Shown here: piece after piece, positions 25,646-36,990 of the stretch
Numbering within the stretch: the stretch's first letter is position 1
Layout of the letters: each line of letters starts with the position of its first letter
NCBI GenBank assembly: GCA_051362555.1
Contig: CM120646.1
Location: 3,224,001-3,288,000, forward strand
Length of the DNA: 64,000 bases
Source of the DNA: Lingula anatina
Taxonomy: Eukaryota; Animalia; Brachiopoda
Direction of reading: 5' to 3'
Made by a program: the position numbers and the translations under genes
Notes under the pieces: model-generated
The model's input: the letters and a program-made list of their open reading frames with translations, nothing else
What the model was told of the DNA's origin: nothing
Database searches by the model: none

Positions 25646-27104
25646 AATTTCTAGGAAATTACTCTGATATTGGGCAACATCCTATGTGCAAATTAATATT
25701 AACATACAGTGTCCTCGGGGTCACCCAGAGGACTCAGATTTTTGTTTTAGTATGGCTAGATTCATCAGTGGTTGTGCATATTTCTATGGGTTATGATGAT
25801 AACTCGTTATCCAACTCATTTTATCTGCTTTTATTTCCTTATTGCCAAAATTTTGTTTGCTTACATAAATCAAACTCTTAATTATCAGATCTGTCATCAC
25901 TGTTAAAATATTTCTTATAGGACATTTGTTTTGGGGTTTTGCTTTGATATGCTGCTGCTTTGTTTAATTTATCCCCATACTGCAATATAAAAAAGAAATT
26001 CAAAAACAGTCAACATTTTATAGACATTGATGCATAAAAACTGCCCACTGTCATTTATAACTTTTGACATAGGAGTGCATCTTTGGTGTAATTAATGCTA
26101 GCACGGTAAAAAGGATCATATTGAAGGACTGTCATACAGGTGATAAATTCTGGGCGTTTTGGAACTGTCATGCAACTGCTGTACGTAGCACCAGTAACAG
26201 CATCTTTTCTTAATCATAAAAGATGTCATTTCAGAGTTGTTGCCATATTCCTTAGATGATATATTTTTGTCAGAAATGAAAAAAGAAAAAAAAATAAATG
26301 TGTGAGTTAACTTTTTGAGACTGGGACATTACTTGATTTTTGATTAACATGAAGCATCAGGCCCTGTCCTCTAGGTATGTTATACCATTTTTCTGCATCT
26401 TTCAATATCACAATTGCAAAAAATAAAAATAAAAACATTTATAAAACCTTTCGTCATTACTAATTCAAAAATCCTAATTGCCCTAATCATAATTTCACAC
26501 ATATACATAATTGGTTGAATTATGTATGAAATAACTTAATGATTAATAATCAAATTCACTTGGTTTCTGCTAAATCTTTTGTAGTTTATCGTAATTACTG
26601 AAGTAATCTGTGAGCTTAAAGTTGAGATTTATCTATTCAAGATGAAGGGAAACCACCCATCTATCCGAAACCCCACTGATAATAATAGTTTTAATCATTA
26701 ATTGGCTAAAGAAAATTAATGATACCATTTTATTGTTGTGTAATGTAAACGAACAACCTCGTCTAGACGCTATGTTAAAAAAAGTCCACAAAATTAATGT
26801 TTTGTTAACTAAGTAAACTTTTTGTTAAAACATTTCAATATTATTATTTTAATTAATATCATTTTGTTACCATTACACTGCATGCTTCAAATTACATTAT
26901 TTCAAAATTAAAATGTTTCATGGCTTTAAGAATATTACAAAAATAATGCGGAAAGCTAATTTTGTAATGAAAATAGGGTTAAAGAAGCCGCATGCCTACA
27001 TTTTGTGAAATAGAATAAGAAATAAAACGGAATAATTACCCCTCATTACTACCACAAAAATAACAAAGTGACGATGGGCCCATTCATTGAATTTCCCTTT
27101 GATC

Positions 27105-27160
27105 ATGTGACGCAAAGCGACCAATCGGTGAAGGCGGAAGCTGAGTGTCAACATGGCGGA
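27105..27160 (+). promoter_or_regulatory. Core promoter of the BTB-ZF gene
   Basis: CRE-like GTGACGCA (~27107), CCAAT box (27121), ETS-like GCGGAAG (~27134), and a YY1-type CAACATGGCG overlapping the ATG. Confidence 0.6.
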
Positions 27161-30100
27161 TAAAGCGGGTGAGTAAAGTTAACCCTTTGCAAAATGTAGG
27201 GAATTTCGAAAGTTGCCGGCAGCAGCCTTGAAACGAGTAACGTCCATGAAATGCAGGATGAAGTTATGTTTAATCATACCCAAAGAAGGGTTTGTGAGAC
27301 GTCTGGAAAAGTATGAAAAAGGAGCAGATGTTGGGGCGATGCAGTGTGCACTGGTTAACCCTTCAAACACCCGTGCCTTTCCAAGGTCGGAATCGAAAGT
27401 GGCAAGTCCGGGTACCACTACCAGATGTGGCAGGGTTTGATTCTGAAATTTATGACTCGCATTTTTAATGACCTTGTGCCTTGATCCATTTGTCAGACAT
27501 TGTACTTGTTAAAAGCTTAACTGGAATGTTATTGTGTCAAATGATGCAAATTAATTAAAACCTCACTCAAAGTGTAAATCTAAAGATATTATTTCAGTTC
27601 GAAGACAATGTTTATAATTCATAGTTTACACAGACTGAATATAGTTTCAACAGAAAAACCAAAACTTGTGTCACAAGGTATACCCCAGTAGTACTTATAT
27701 TCTGTTTTCATTAAATTATTTTATTTATTTATTTATTTATTTATTTAATCAAATATATACATTCTTATTGATTAACAGAAAATTAAAGTACTTTTGCTTT
27801 TCACTTTCAGAAGACTCCAAATTTTTTCTAGTTATGATATACTTTGGGTGCATCTCAATAATATCAGTTAAGGTTATTGGTCTGAAGTTTCATTGGTCTG
27901 AAAAATCAAAACATTTTCATCAGGGTTTAATAACAGGGTTAGTTAGTCTGAAGGTTCTAAAGTGAACATTTATTGGACTTATCAACCTTTGAATTATTGT
28001 CATGCACCATATAATTTTAAAATTATTTATATGTTGTATAGTAAAATTATAATATCAACAACAAGCTTCATCTTCATTTTCCAGGCCCTGCCCACAGTCT
28101 TGGCCCCCCACCACCCCCTCCATCCATCCCAGCCAATGTGGGTCTCCCGCCATATGTCCAGAGCTTCACACATCATGGTCAGACACTGCTGGAGCAGCTG
28201 CAGCGCCAGCTACAGTACGGTGCCTTCTGCGATGTCATAGTGAGAGTGGAAGATTACGATTTTAGGCTACACAAGTGTATCTTGGCTGCCTTCAGTCAGA
28301 AGTTACAGAGCATGCTGTATGGCATGCGTCAGGAGTGTTCTAATGTCCTCACCCTGCGGGATGTCACGTTTAATGCATTTCGTACCATCATTGATTATGT
28401 GTACACAGGTAGGTATAGAAGAGCAATGTAAGTGTTATGACTATGGGAACATGTTGAAATGATTTTAATTGTACCACCAGCGTTAGCGCTGGCGGTACAC
28501 ATGGTTTCGGTCTCGTCCGGATCGTTCCGCCGGCTCCGCCGGACGGCTACCGTTACCGCTTCTCCTCCTAGACGGTAAGGCCCCCCATACCCATCTCATG
28601 GATTTAGGTCACCTATAATCTCAACTCGTTCCACGTAAAATTTGGGCTTTGTCGGTATTGGGGTCTGGGTGTGGCACTCATTGCAATGCACCCTTGTCTA
28701 AAAATGGCAAAATTAAATGCTAATTATCTACCCTACGGAAGGAGTTATGGGAAAAATTTCTATAGACGGCTTTCCAAAAGTCATATGTGTAGATTTCAAA
28801 TATACCCTTGGATTTGACCTTTGACCTTTACTTCAAGGTCAAATGGGCCAAAATTTTCAAAAAAATGAAATTTTTTACGAAAAAAAAAATTTTTGCCCTG
28901 TTATTCAGACACCACACAGACTTAACCAATAATATTATTGGAAAGTGTTACCCTTCAGGTCATCTTTCATCTCCATGAATTTGGGGTCAATCGGTGCATT
29001 TTCACGGGAGTAGCGGCCATAAGATACCGAAACTGAAAACTGTCTCTAATTCGGGAACCGTTAATGCTAGAGACCCATTCTTTTTTGCATTTTGTAGAGC
29101 ATGTAAAGCCCAACACTGGAGGTGGTCTCGGTTTTTTTGTATTCCATACGGTTTTCGAGTTACGCTGTATCAAAAAGTACATATTGGTGGTAAAAGCAAA
29201 ATGTGCAGTACGGTAATGGATAATAAATTTTGAACTCTGGAAAAATAAAACATTAGGCTTGGCAAAGCAGACAACTTGTGTTCAAAAATGACATTATTTC
29301 ATCAAATTTGAACTTCTGAAACTTCAGAGCACCTCTTATTTCAAGAATTTTGACCAAAATGACATTTTCTTTATTTTAATTAATTTTTCTGTACGAAATT
29401 TAAGGCACATTATGGTAACTCCAAAATTATAACATTTAGTCCCTTATATCTCCAAAACTGGCAGAGATAGGTCTATAGTTACTATTGAAGTTGAATAGGA
29501 AGTCATATACTGGCAATCTATATGTGACCTTAAAATTGACCTTTGACCTACTTTTCACCATGAATTGAACTTTGCAAATTTTGCTTCCCTTTTATCTCCA
29601 AAACTGGCAGAGATAGGTCCATAGTTACTATTGAACTTGAATAGGAAGTCATATACTGGCAATATAAATGTGACCTTAAAATTGACCTTTGACCTACTTT
29701 TCACCATGAACTGAACTTTGCATGTAAAGCCCAATACTGGAGGTGGTCTCGGTTTTTTTGTATTCCATACGGTTTTCGAGTTACGCTGTATCAAAAAGTA
29801 CATATTGGTGGTAAAAGCAAAATGTGCAGTACGGTAATGGATAATAAATTTTGAACTCTGGAAAAATAAAACATAAGGCTTGGCAAAGCAGACAACTTGT
29901 GTTCAAAAATGACATTATTTCATCAAACTTGAACTTCTGAAACTTCAGAGCACCTCCTATTTCAAGAATTTTGACCAAAATGACATTTTCTTTATTTTAA
30001 TTAATTTTTTCTGTACGAAATTTAAGGCACATTATGGTAACTCCAAAATTATAACATTTAGTCCCTTATATCTCCAAAACTGGCAGAGATAGGTCCATAG

Positions 30101-33100
30101 TTACTATTGAACTTGAATAGGAAGTCATATACTGGCAATATAAATGTGACCTTAAAATTGACCTTTGACCTACTTTTCACCATGAACTGAACTTTGCAAA
30201 TTTTGCTTTCCTTTTATCTCCAAAACTGGCAGAGATAGGTCCATAGTTACTATTGAACTTGAATAGGAAGTCATATACTGGCAATATAAATGTGACCTTA
30301 AAATTGACCTTTGACCTACTTTTCACCATGAACTGAACTTTGCAAATTTTGCTTCCCTTTTGTCTCCAAAACTGGCAGAGATAGGTCCATAGTTACTATT
30401 GAACTTGAATAGGAAGTCATATACTGGCAATCTAAATGTGACCTTAAAATTGACCTTTGACCTACTTTTCACCATGAACTGAACATTGCAAATTTTGCTT
30501 CCCTTTTATCTCCAAAACTGGCAGAGATAGGTCCGTAGTTTCTATTGGACTTGAATAGGAAGTCATATACTGGCAATCTTACTGTGACCTTGAAATTGAC
30601 CTTTGACCTACTTTTCACCATGAACTGAACTTTGCAAATTTTGGTTTCCTTTTATCTCCAAAACTGGCTGAGATAGGTCCGTAGTTACTATTGGACTTGA
30701 ATAGGAAGTCATATACTGGCAATCTATATGTGACCTTCAAATTGACCTTTGACCTACTTATAATCATGAACTGAACTTTGCTAATTTCTTTCTCTTTTAA
30801 CTCCAAACCTGGCAGAGATAGGTCCATAGTTACTATTGAAGTTGAATAGGAAGTCATACACTGGCAATTTACTGCGACCTTGAAATTGACCTTTGACCTA
30901 CCTTACGATGAACTTAACTTTGATTGTACCATTTTAAGTTATATATTTTTTGCGTATTTTGAAAATTCTTGTTGATTGCATTTTTATAGCTTGTCAAGCA
31001 TAAGACTGGTGGCTGTGTCCCTTATTTTGTGTATGTGGGGGTCTATACGAATGCGCTTGCTCCAGCTGGTGGTACAATATTCGGAGGCGGTATCGCCTCT
31101 CTGATCCTCTAGTTCAATATGTTTCCTGTAAATTCGATGTTTGTGAAGAATTTTTAAACCACTTTTTTATTTTAAATTTATTATATATTGGTAATAAAAA
31201 CTGACATCACATTAATGACAAATGATTGCTAATATGAAGAAAAAATAATCTGTATGATGTATTAGTATATTACCAATTTTTACCCTTTAAAAATTATGGG
31301 TGTTTATAGTAGACATTTGAAATGACACTGATACTGGTAAGCGTATTGATACTGTTATATAAATGACATATGTTATCATAGTATACAAAATTATACATTA
31401 CAGGTAAACTGAAGGTAGAACCAGCTTATGCATATGATGTGCTGACTGCTGCCCAGTATCTAGATATGGCCAATGTAGAGAAAGCCTGTGTAGAACATCT
31501 GAGATCTCTCACTGACCGAGGGATGGCTGGTAATCCCGCATGGAATTTACCACCTGCAGGTATTGGTCAAATTTTAGACCTCTAAGTAGAGATCTTTGGG
31601 TCCATGATTATACTCTGGTATGGTAAAATAATCTTTATGTAAGTTGTGCAATAACTTAAATCACTCAAGTTGGAATATTGGCACACATATGTTAAGTTCA
31701 TCTAATTAAATTAGGTTCTTTTTGTGATTTCTACAGGATTTTCTGGTTATTCTGGACGTCCAGCAGGAATGTTTGCCCCATCTGCTGCATTTCCACCTGT
31801 AACCATGGTTACGGGTAACAGCCATGTTGCCATGGTGAACCCAAGTCAAGGGCCTTCCGTTGATACCAACTTGATTGAGGACTATTTGAAGGTGATTGAA
31901 TCTTTTCAAAACAACCAGTCAGAGATGATGAACACCTTAGGTGATGGGACTCCAACTGCTGCCATGGCAACTGGATATAACCAAGGTCATGGCCCAGGTC
32001 AGGGTCAAGGTTCTAGGCCACCAGCAGGTTCAAGAGCAGTGGCTTCAAAAGTGCAACCATTTTCCAGTGCATTAGATGCATACACATACAATCTTCTGAC
32101 AACTGCACTACAGAAAATGAGTGAGCAGAAGGCAGTTGATCAGCATGCTGCTGTCCTAGGTGGCGCCGCCTCTGGTATAGAGACTGCAGGGGGTCTCAGG
32201 ATGATCCCATCTACAGCCAGGCAACCGCCACCAGGAATAATCCAAGACAGAACACTGGCATCACAGACAGAATTTCATCCCAATCCTGAAGTACGAGATA
32301 AAGAGACCAGTCGTCTTATCGAGGCAATACGGGCTGAAAACATGGTGCCAAAACCTGTGTCTTCACAAGAGATTCACCAGCAGCAGTTAGTTGAGCAGCC
32401 TTCAGAGCCAAGAGAAATATGTCAGCTGCAGGAAGAGGTTTGTCAGGCAGATGGCCAGGTCCGGCAGAGGACTCTTGTTTTTGATAGGGAAACTGCGACA
32501 AGGGGACCAGAAATCCTCAGCTCTGATGATGATCATGAAGATGGTTTCCATGGAAACACTCAACAGTTTCATGCTTCCCCTGAAAATGACCAAGCTGCAG
32601 CTGTAACTCATGCAATTCCTGAACCTGTTGTAGAAATAGACCAATCAGCTCCAACTTCTCATATTGTTTCTAAGCAACCAGAAAGAAAAGACCAGTCAAC
32701 CTCCACCTCTTATGCAGACCATGAGCCTCAGTCAGGCATGGACCAATCAAATGTAATTTCTCATGAAGTGGTCATGTCTGTTGATCAGGTAGACCAATCA
32801 ACAGCCAAGTCTAATGTAGTGATAGAATCAGTGGCAGGTGGAGATTCACAGGGTAAGAGGAAGAAATCAAAACCACACAAGATAAAAATTCAAGCTAATA
32901 ACTCTGCAGAAAAAGAGCAAGCGCTTCAGAAAGATAGCACACCAAGGACGGGTAAAGATAAAACTTCTCCAACTGGTGCTGTGGGTGAGAGACAGAGGAA
33001 AAACGATGTTAAAGGACCACCCAAGAAGAGGAAAAAGAGAAAAGAGACAGCTTCAACCATACGTTGTGATCTATGCAACCGGACATTTTCGCGCCCTGGA

Positions 33101-33739
33101 CTCTACCGGCGGCACGTGCGTGCCCACGAGAGGCAAGGCGGCGAAATCTACACGTGTCACGTCTGCCATCAGAAATACCCGCGACCGGGCGAACTGACGC
33201 GACACTTGCGGACTCACACGGGAGAACTCTACCACTGTAATACATGCGACAAAAATTACGAGTCACAGAAGGAGTTCAAGATGCACATGAAACAGGCACA
33301 CGACGAGACGAAAGCGTTCCAGTGCGTCTTTCCCGGCTGCAGTTTCAAGTCGGACAAACCGTCTAATGTTGAACGCCATGCGGTGATCCATGCAGATTTA
33401 AAGCCTTACGAATGTGAACGGTGCGGGCGCACGTTTTCCCAGCCAAATGGCTTGAGAAGCCACATGCAGAGTTGTTTTGAGACGCGCAGTTATATGTGTG
33501 ACATGTGCGGCGTTTCCTTTAACCATCTGGGAAGCATGAAGTCGCATCGTCGAATGCACACGGGGGAGAAACCATTTATATGTCAGGATTGTGGGGCCGG
33601 GTTTTCTGACCACAGGAATTTCAAAAGACATCGGCGCATTCATGACAACGTTTTCCCATACGGATGTGACATTTGTAACAAGAAATTCCGTCATTCTAAT
33701 TCACTCAAATCACATATTAAAACACATAATGCTTCCTAA
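27153..33739 (+). CDS. BTB/POZ domain and C2H2 zinc-finger transcription factor (ZBTB family), 4 coding exons
   Basis: Exons 27153-27168 (MADKA), 28085-28408 (HGQTLLEQL...FCDVIVRVEDYDFRLHKCILAAFS...FRTIIDYVYTG), 31404-31559 (KLKVEPAYAYDVLTAAQYLDMANVEKAC) and 31737-33739. The last exon encodes a long disordered linker, a KKRKKRK NLS and 8 zinc fingers; the fifth is C2HC and there is a TGEKP linker. All phases are compatible. The specific orthologue was not recognised. Confidence 0.92.
28463..31114 (+). mobile_element. Non-autonomous Helentron-associated (HINE/DINE-1-like) element with an internal satellite array, in BTB-ZF intron 2
   Basis: 5' subTIR ATTGTACCACCAGC (28468-28481) with an adjacent inverted copy GCTGGCGGTACA (28488). 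This is followed by a GTCCG/TCCGCCG microsatellite-like segment and central tandem repeats. The 3' end has subTIR GCTGGTGGTACAAT (31065-31078), hairpin GAGGCG-GTAT-CGCCTC (31084-31099) and terminal CTAGTT. The insertion site is T-rich with no TSD. Confidence 0.85.
29441..30922. repeat. 146-bp tandem satellite (2 + 6 copies) and a 621-bp tandem duplication within the HINE
   Basis: AAACTGGCAGAGATAGG (or a 1-mismatch variant) occurs at 29455, 29601, 30077, 30223, 30369, 30515, 30661 and ~30806. Block 29100-29720 is repeated at 29721-30342. Confidence 0.95.
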
Positions 33740-35114
33740 AGTCAAATTCTAATTTTTCTTATTTTAGCATTTTGATAGATAACTTAATGTGAATATCGCC
33801 GAAGCTATAAATGTATGCTTTTTCTGTTCAACAGCAGGCAGCCATAGATTTTGTAAGATTTCTATTATGAAACATTTATTGACTCGTACATTCGATATGC
33901 ATTTAAGAAAACTGGTGACCCACTAAATCAGTAAGGCTCAAATGTATTTATTTGATGTGCATATCAGACGTAATTAGACTCCTTTAACAAGGGGTCACGT
34001 ATTAAGACCGTCGCACAGTCGTAGAACATTAGAGAAAATTGGATTGTATTTAAAATCATCTTTTACGGTCAAATATCGCTAATTTGTAATCTTGCACATA
34101 AGATATGGTGATAAGTTATCATTAATTTCCTTAAATATGATTGTAACCTTGGGGATTTTTAAAATAACACAATACTTGTCAAGATCCGACATGATTTATT
34201 TTATTTTATCGTCAATTATTTATTTATTTTTATTTATTATTATTATTATTATTATTTTGAGCGAACTCCACTACGACTGACCACAAAGGAGTTTAAGCCG
34301 AGTCCAATATCATTTATGATTTATTAGAGATAAGGCTCATATTTTTATTTTGGGTCTGTCAAAAAGATATATTTATCTGCTAAAACTATCTTCGAGAATC
34401 TACCGATTATCTGAACACAAAAACGCCCCAGACGTTATAGAATTCTGAGTGCTTTTTTTCCAATATAAACATGCGATGTTGCGTGTTATTACACATAAAG
34501 GCGCTTCAAAACAACGTTTGAAATGATTATCTCGGATAATGGATCCTTTTATCTTTACATTTTTTATAATCCTTAAAACTTGGGATGACAGTTGTGGTCG
34601 CACTGCATTCATCTCCAAAAGATCGATTTCTTACATAACGGCGAAAGCTGTATCGAATCTTCGCAGCACGTTTTAGGTCTCCGCTGAGGCTCATTGTGAC
34701 TGGTTCTCCGCCAAAACTCCTCTACAGCAATTTTAAAATATCCAGTCGTCGTATTTCGCGTCGATAGGCCTATATAACGGATATGCGACGTCCCCTGTTC
34801 GTTCTACTCTCGTGTGGATCGTATGATTAAATGGGCATTAAGGTAATTCGAGGAAAGAATATATCACAAAATGAGTTGGACAACCGTACTGCAACTTAAT
34901 GGAATCGCTAGAAATGTTATCACTGCAATAACAAGCTTTAGTGAAGTGTTCGCGAAAAGTGGAAATGACATGACGACGTAGCTTACAAAAATGATATTTA
35001 TAAAAAGAATTTTGACAAACTATGGCTTAAAGTGGTTTGAAATGGTAGTAAATTTTTATAAGTCAAAATATCGTCAATCCTTGTTGTTTACTATGTTAAC
35101 AGTTAGGTGTTTTA

Positions 35115-35153
<39 letters not shown>

Positions 35154-36694
35154 AGGGCGAGCATGTCTGTCCTAGTTTTTTTTTTTATTCCATTACGGTT
35201 ATTTCTTAATGCATTCATATTATTCAAATACATGTATGTTGTTAAATTAAACTTATAATTAGCTTAACAACCTCAAAATTAGCTGCTTATCATTCCTGGT
35301 CTCCGGACGTGGAGACTCAACGATGAGAGCACCTCAAAACAGTCGCAAGAATTATTTTCGTGTTTTAAAGAAATAAAAACAGTCTGTTGTTTGCGAAATG
35401 AAACCTAGGGCGTAATCTAATTAGCAAAGACTACACAGATTACGCCAAGTCACGACAACCAAAGTGAAAAAATAACCCACAGAGAGTAAAGATTGAAAGG
35501 AAAGAAGATATTGTCATGGAAAACACCATGCGCTCTAACATTTCGACTTTCCTTCCTTTATTTTTTTCTTGGTAATTTAATATGGGATGACAGTACGCTA
35601 GTTTTTTTTCTAGGGGTGGGGGAGGGAGGCACAAGGACGTAAAATAAAAAAAAAATGCAGTAGACGAATAAGAACAACTTTAGCATAATTTGTACTGGTA
35701 GTAGGACACAGAGATGTTTTTGTCTGGTAAAGCTGTTCTGTTTTCATTAATTTTTTAATCACTTTTATTATATACTTTTTTTTGGAGGGGGGGAGGATAG
35801 GATATCATATTCAGTTGGCCCCAAGACTGTATATTTGGGATGGACACGTGCTCGTCGCCCCCCCCCCCCACCCCCCCCCCACCCCACTCCGAGCTCCCAT
35901 GCTGCTTGCATTTAGCGAGCCAGCATGTGATTAAGTGTTAAATTGGCATTGATGCCTACATGTATAACGAGCCTTCTATATTTCAAAGACATATAAGTAC
36001 TGTGAGTGACTGATGTGAAGTATTAACTGTCTTCGGCACGGATTAATATTAGGCCTACAGAAGGTAAGGGCACACGGTAGCCTAGTGAAAGAACAGTCTT
36101 TGAAATTCGACAGCACAATTTGATTATTTAAGGTACTGAAAGCAGGGCTACTTTAAACGCGCTCTGCAGACTTATTTTTGTATTCTTAAATTGTCAAATT
36201 TCTAAAACGAAAAAATCAAAATGCAAAAAGTCTTAGAAATACGTGTTTAAGTTTTTCTCACAAACCTGACCGCGAACTGCCCCTGGCTTCACTTCCCTTT
36301 TGCATTAGAACGAGTTATTGATCAAGTGAGTAATTGTGATTATGTTAATTATCAACATATGATGTCATGTTGGAGTTTTTGACATGACAAAGAGGAACAA
36401 TTATTTTAGACATAATAAAAAATTGGCGTTTCACACAAGTCGTACCGATATAAAATTCAAAATCTGAAGATTAAAATTACTTTCTAATCGGACCCATAAC
36501 TTTTGCTGAAAGTGGGGGGATCTTGGTGGAAAAAAAGACGAAGTTTAGAAGTTAGAGCGACAGTTAGTCATTTCCTGTCCGAAAGGTAAGTAAGTATTGC
36601 CTTTGTACATCACATTAGGAGACACAGGTGGGGTGTCATCACACCTGTAAATTTTAACCAATTATAATGCGCAATACAAAATTTTCTAGTTCAG

Positions 36695-36990
36695 TGGCCC
36701 AATCAGAGACGGTTTGACAAAGCCCTGAGCAACTACATGACGTCATGCTCCCTATTTGCATATCTTGATTTGGAGGCTCGAACAACAGCTAGATATCGAA
36801 CAGGAAGACCGACTTAGGAGGCATATTCGTGTTTAAAGGAGCTACATTCCTAAAAATGGGGCCTAAAATTGGTCCAGTGGTGCTACTTGTTGCCGTTTGG
36901 GCGTTCACTGTTTGCCAGGCTTACGTTGAGGTAGGTTAAATCTTCATTTTCTTAGGCCAGAGAGGCATTGATTATTTTCAAGATGGCGGG
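36695..36990 (+). promoter_or_regulatory. APP-family gene proximal promoter
   Basis: CCAAT (36699), perfect CRE TGACGTCA (36738-36745) inside the palindrome CATGACGTCATG, and octamer ATTTGCAT (36754-36761), all about 100-160 bp upstream of the ATG. A YY1 motif CAAGATGGCGG lies at 36979 in intron 1. Confidence 0.65.

Noticed and set aside
28967-30857. Repeated ORFs (MYFLIQRNSK..., ...LPVYDFLFK...)
   Set aside because: These are chance translations of the duplicated satellite/HINE sequence, with no transposase or Rep/helicase motifs.
29441-30922. Regularly spaced repeats considered as a CRISPR-like array
   Set aside because: Monomers are contiguous and nearly identical over their full 146 bp with no unique spacers, there are no cas genes, and the context is a eukaryotic intron.
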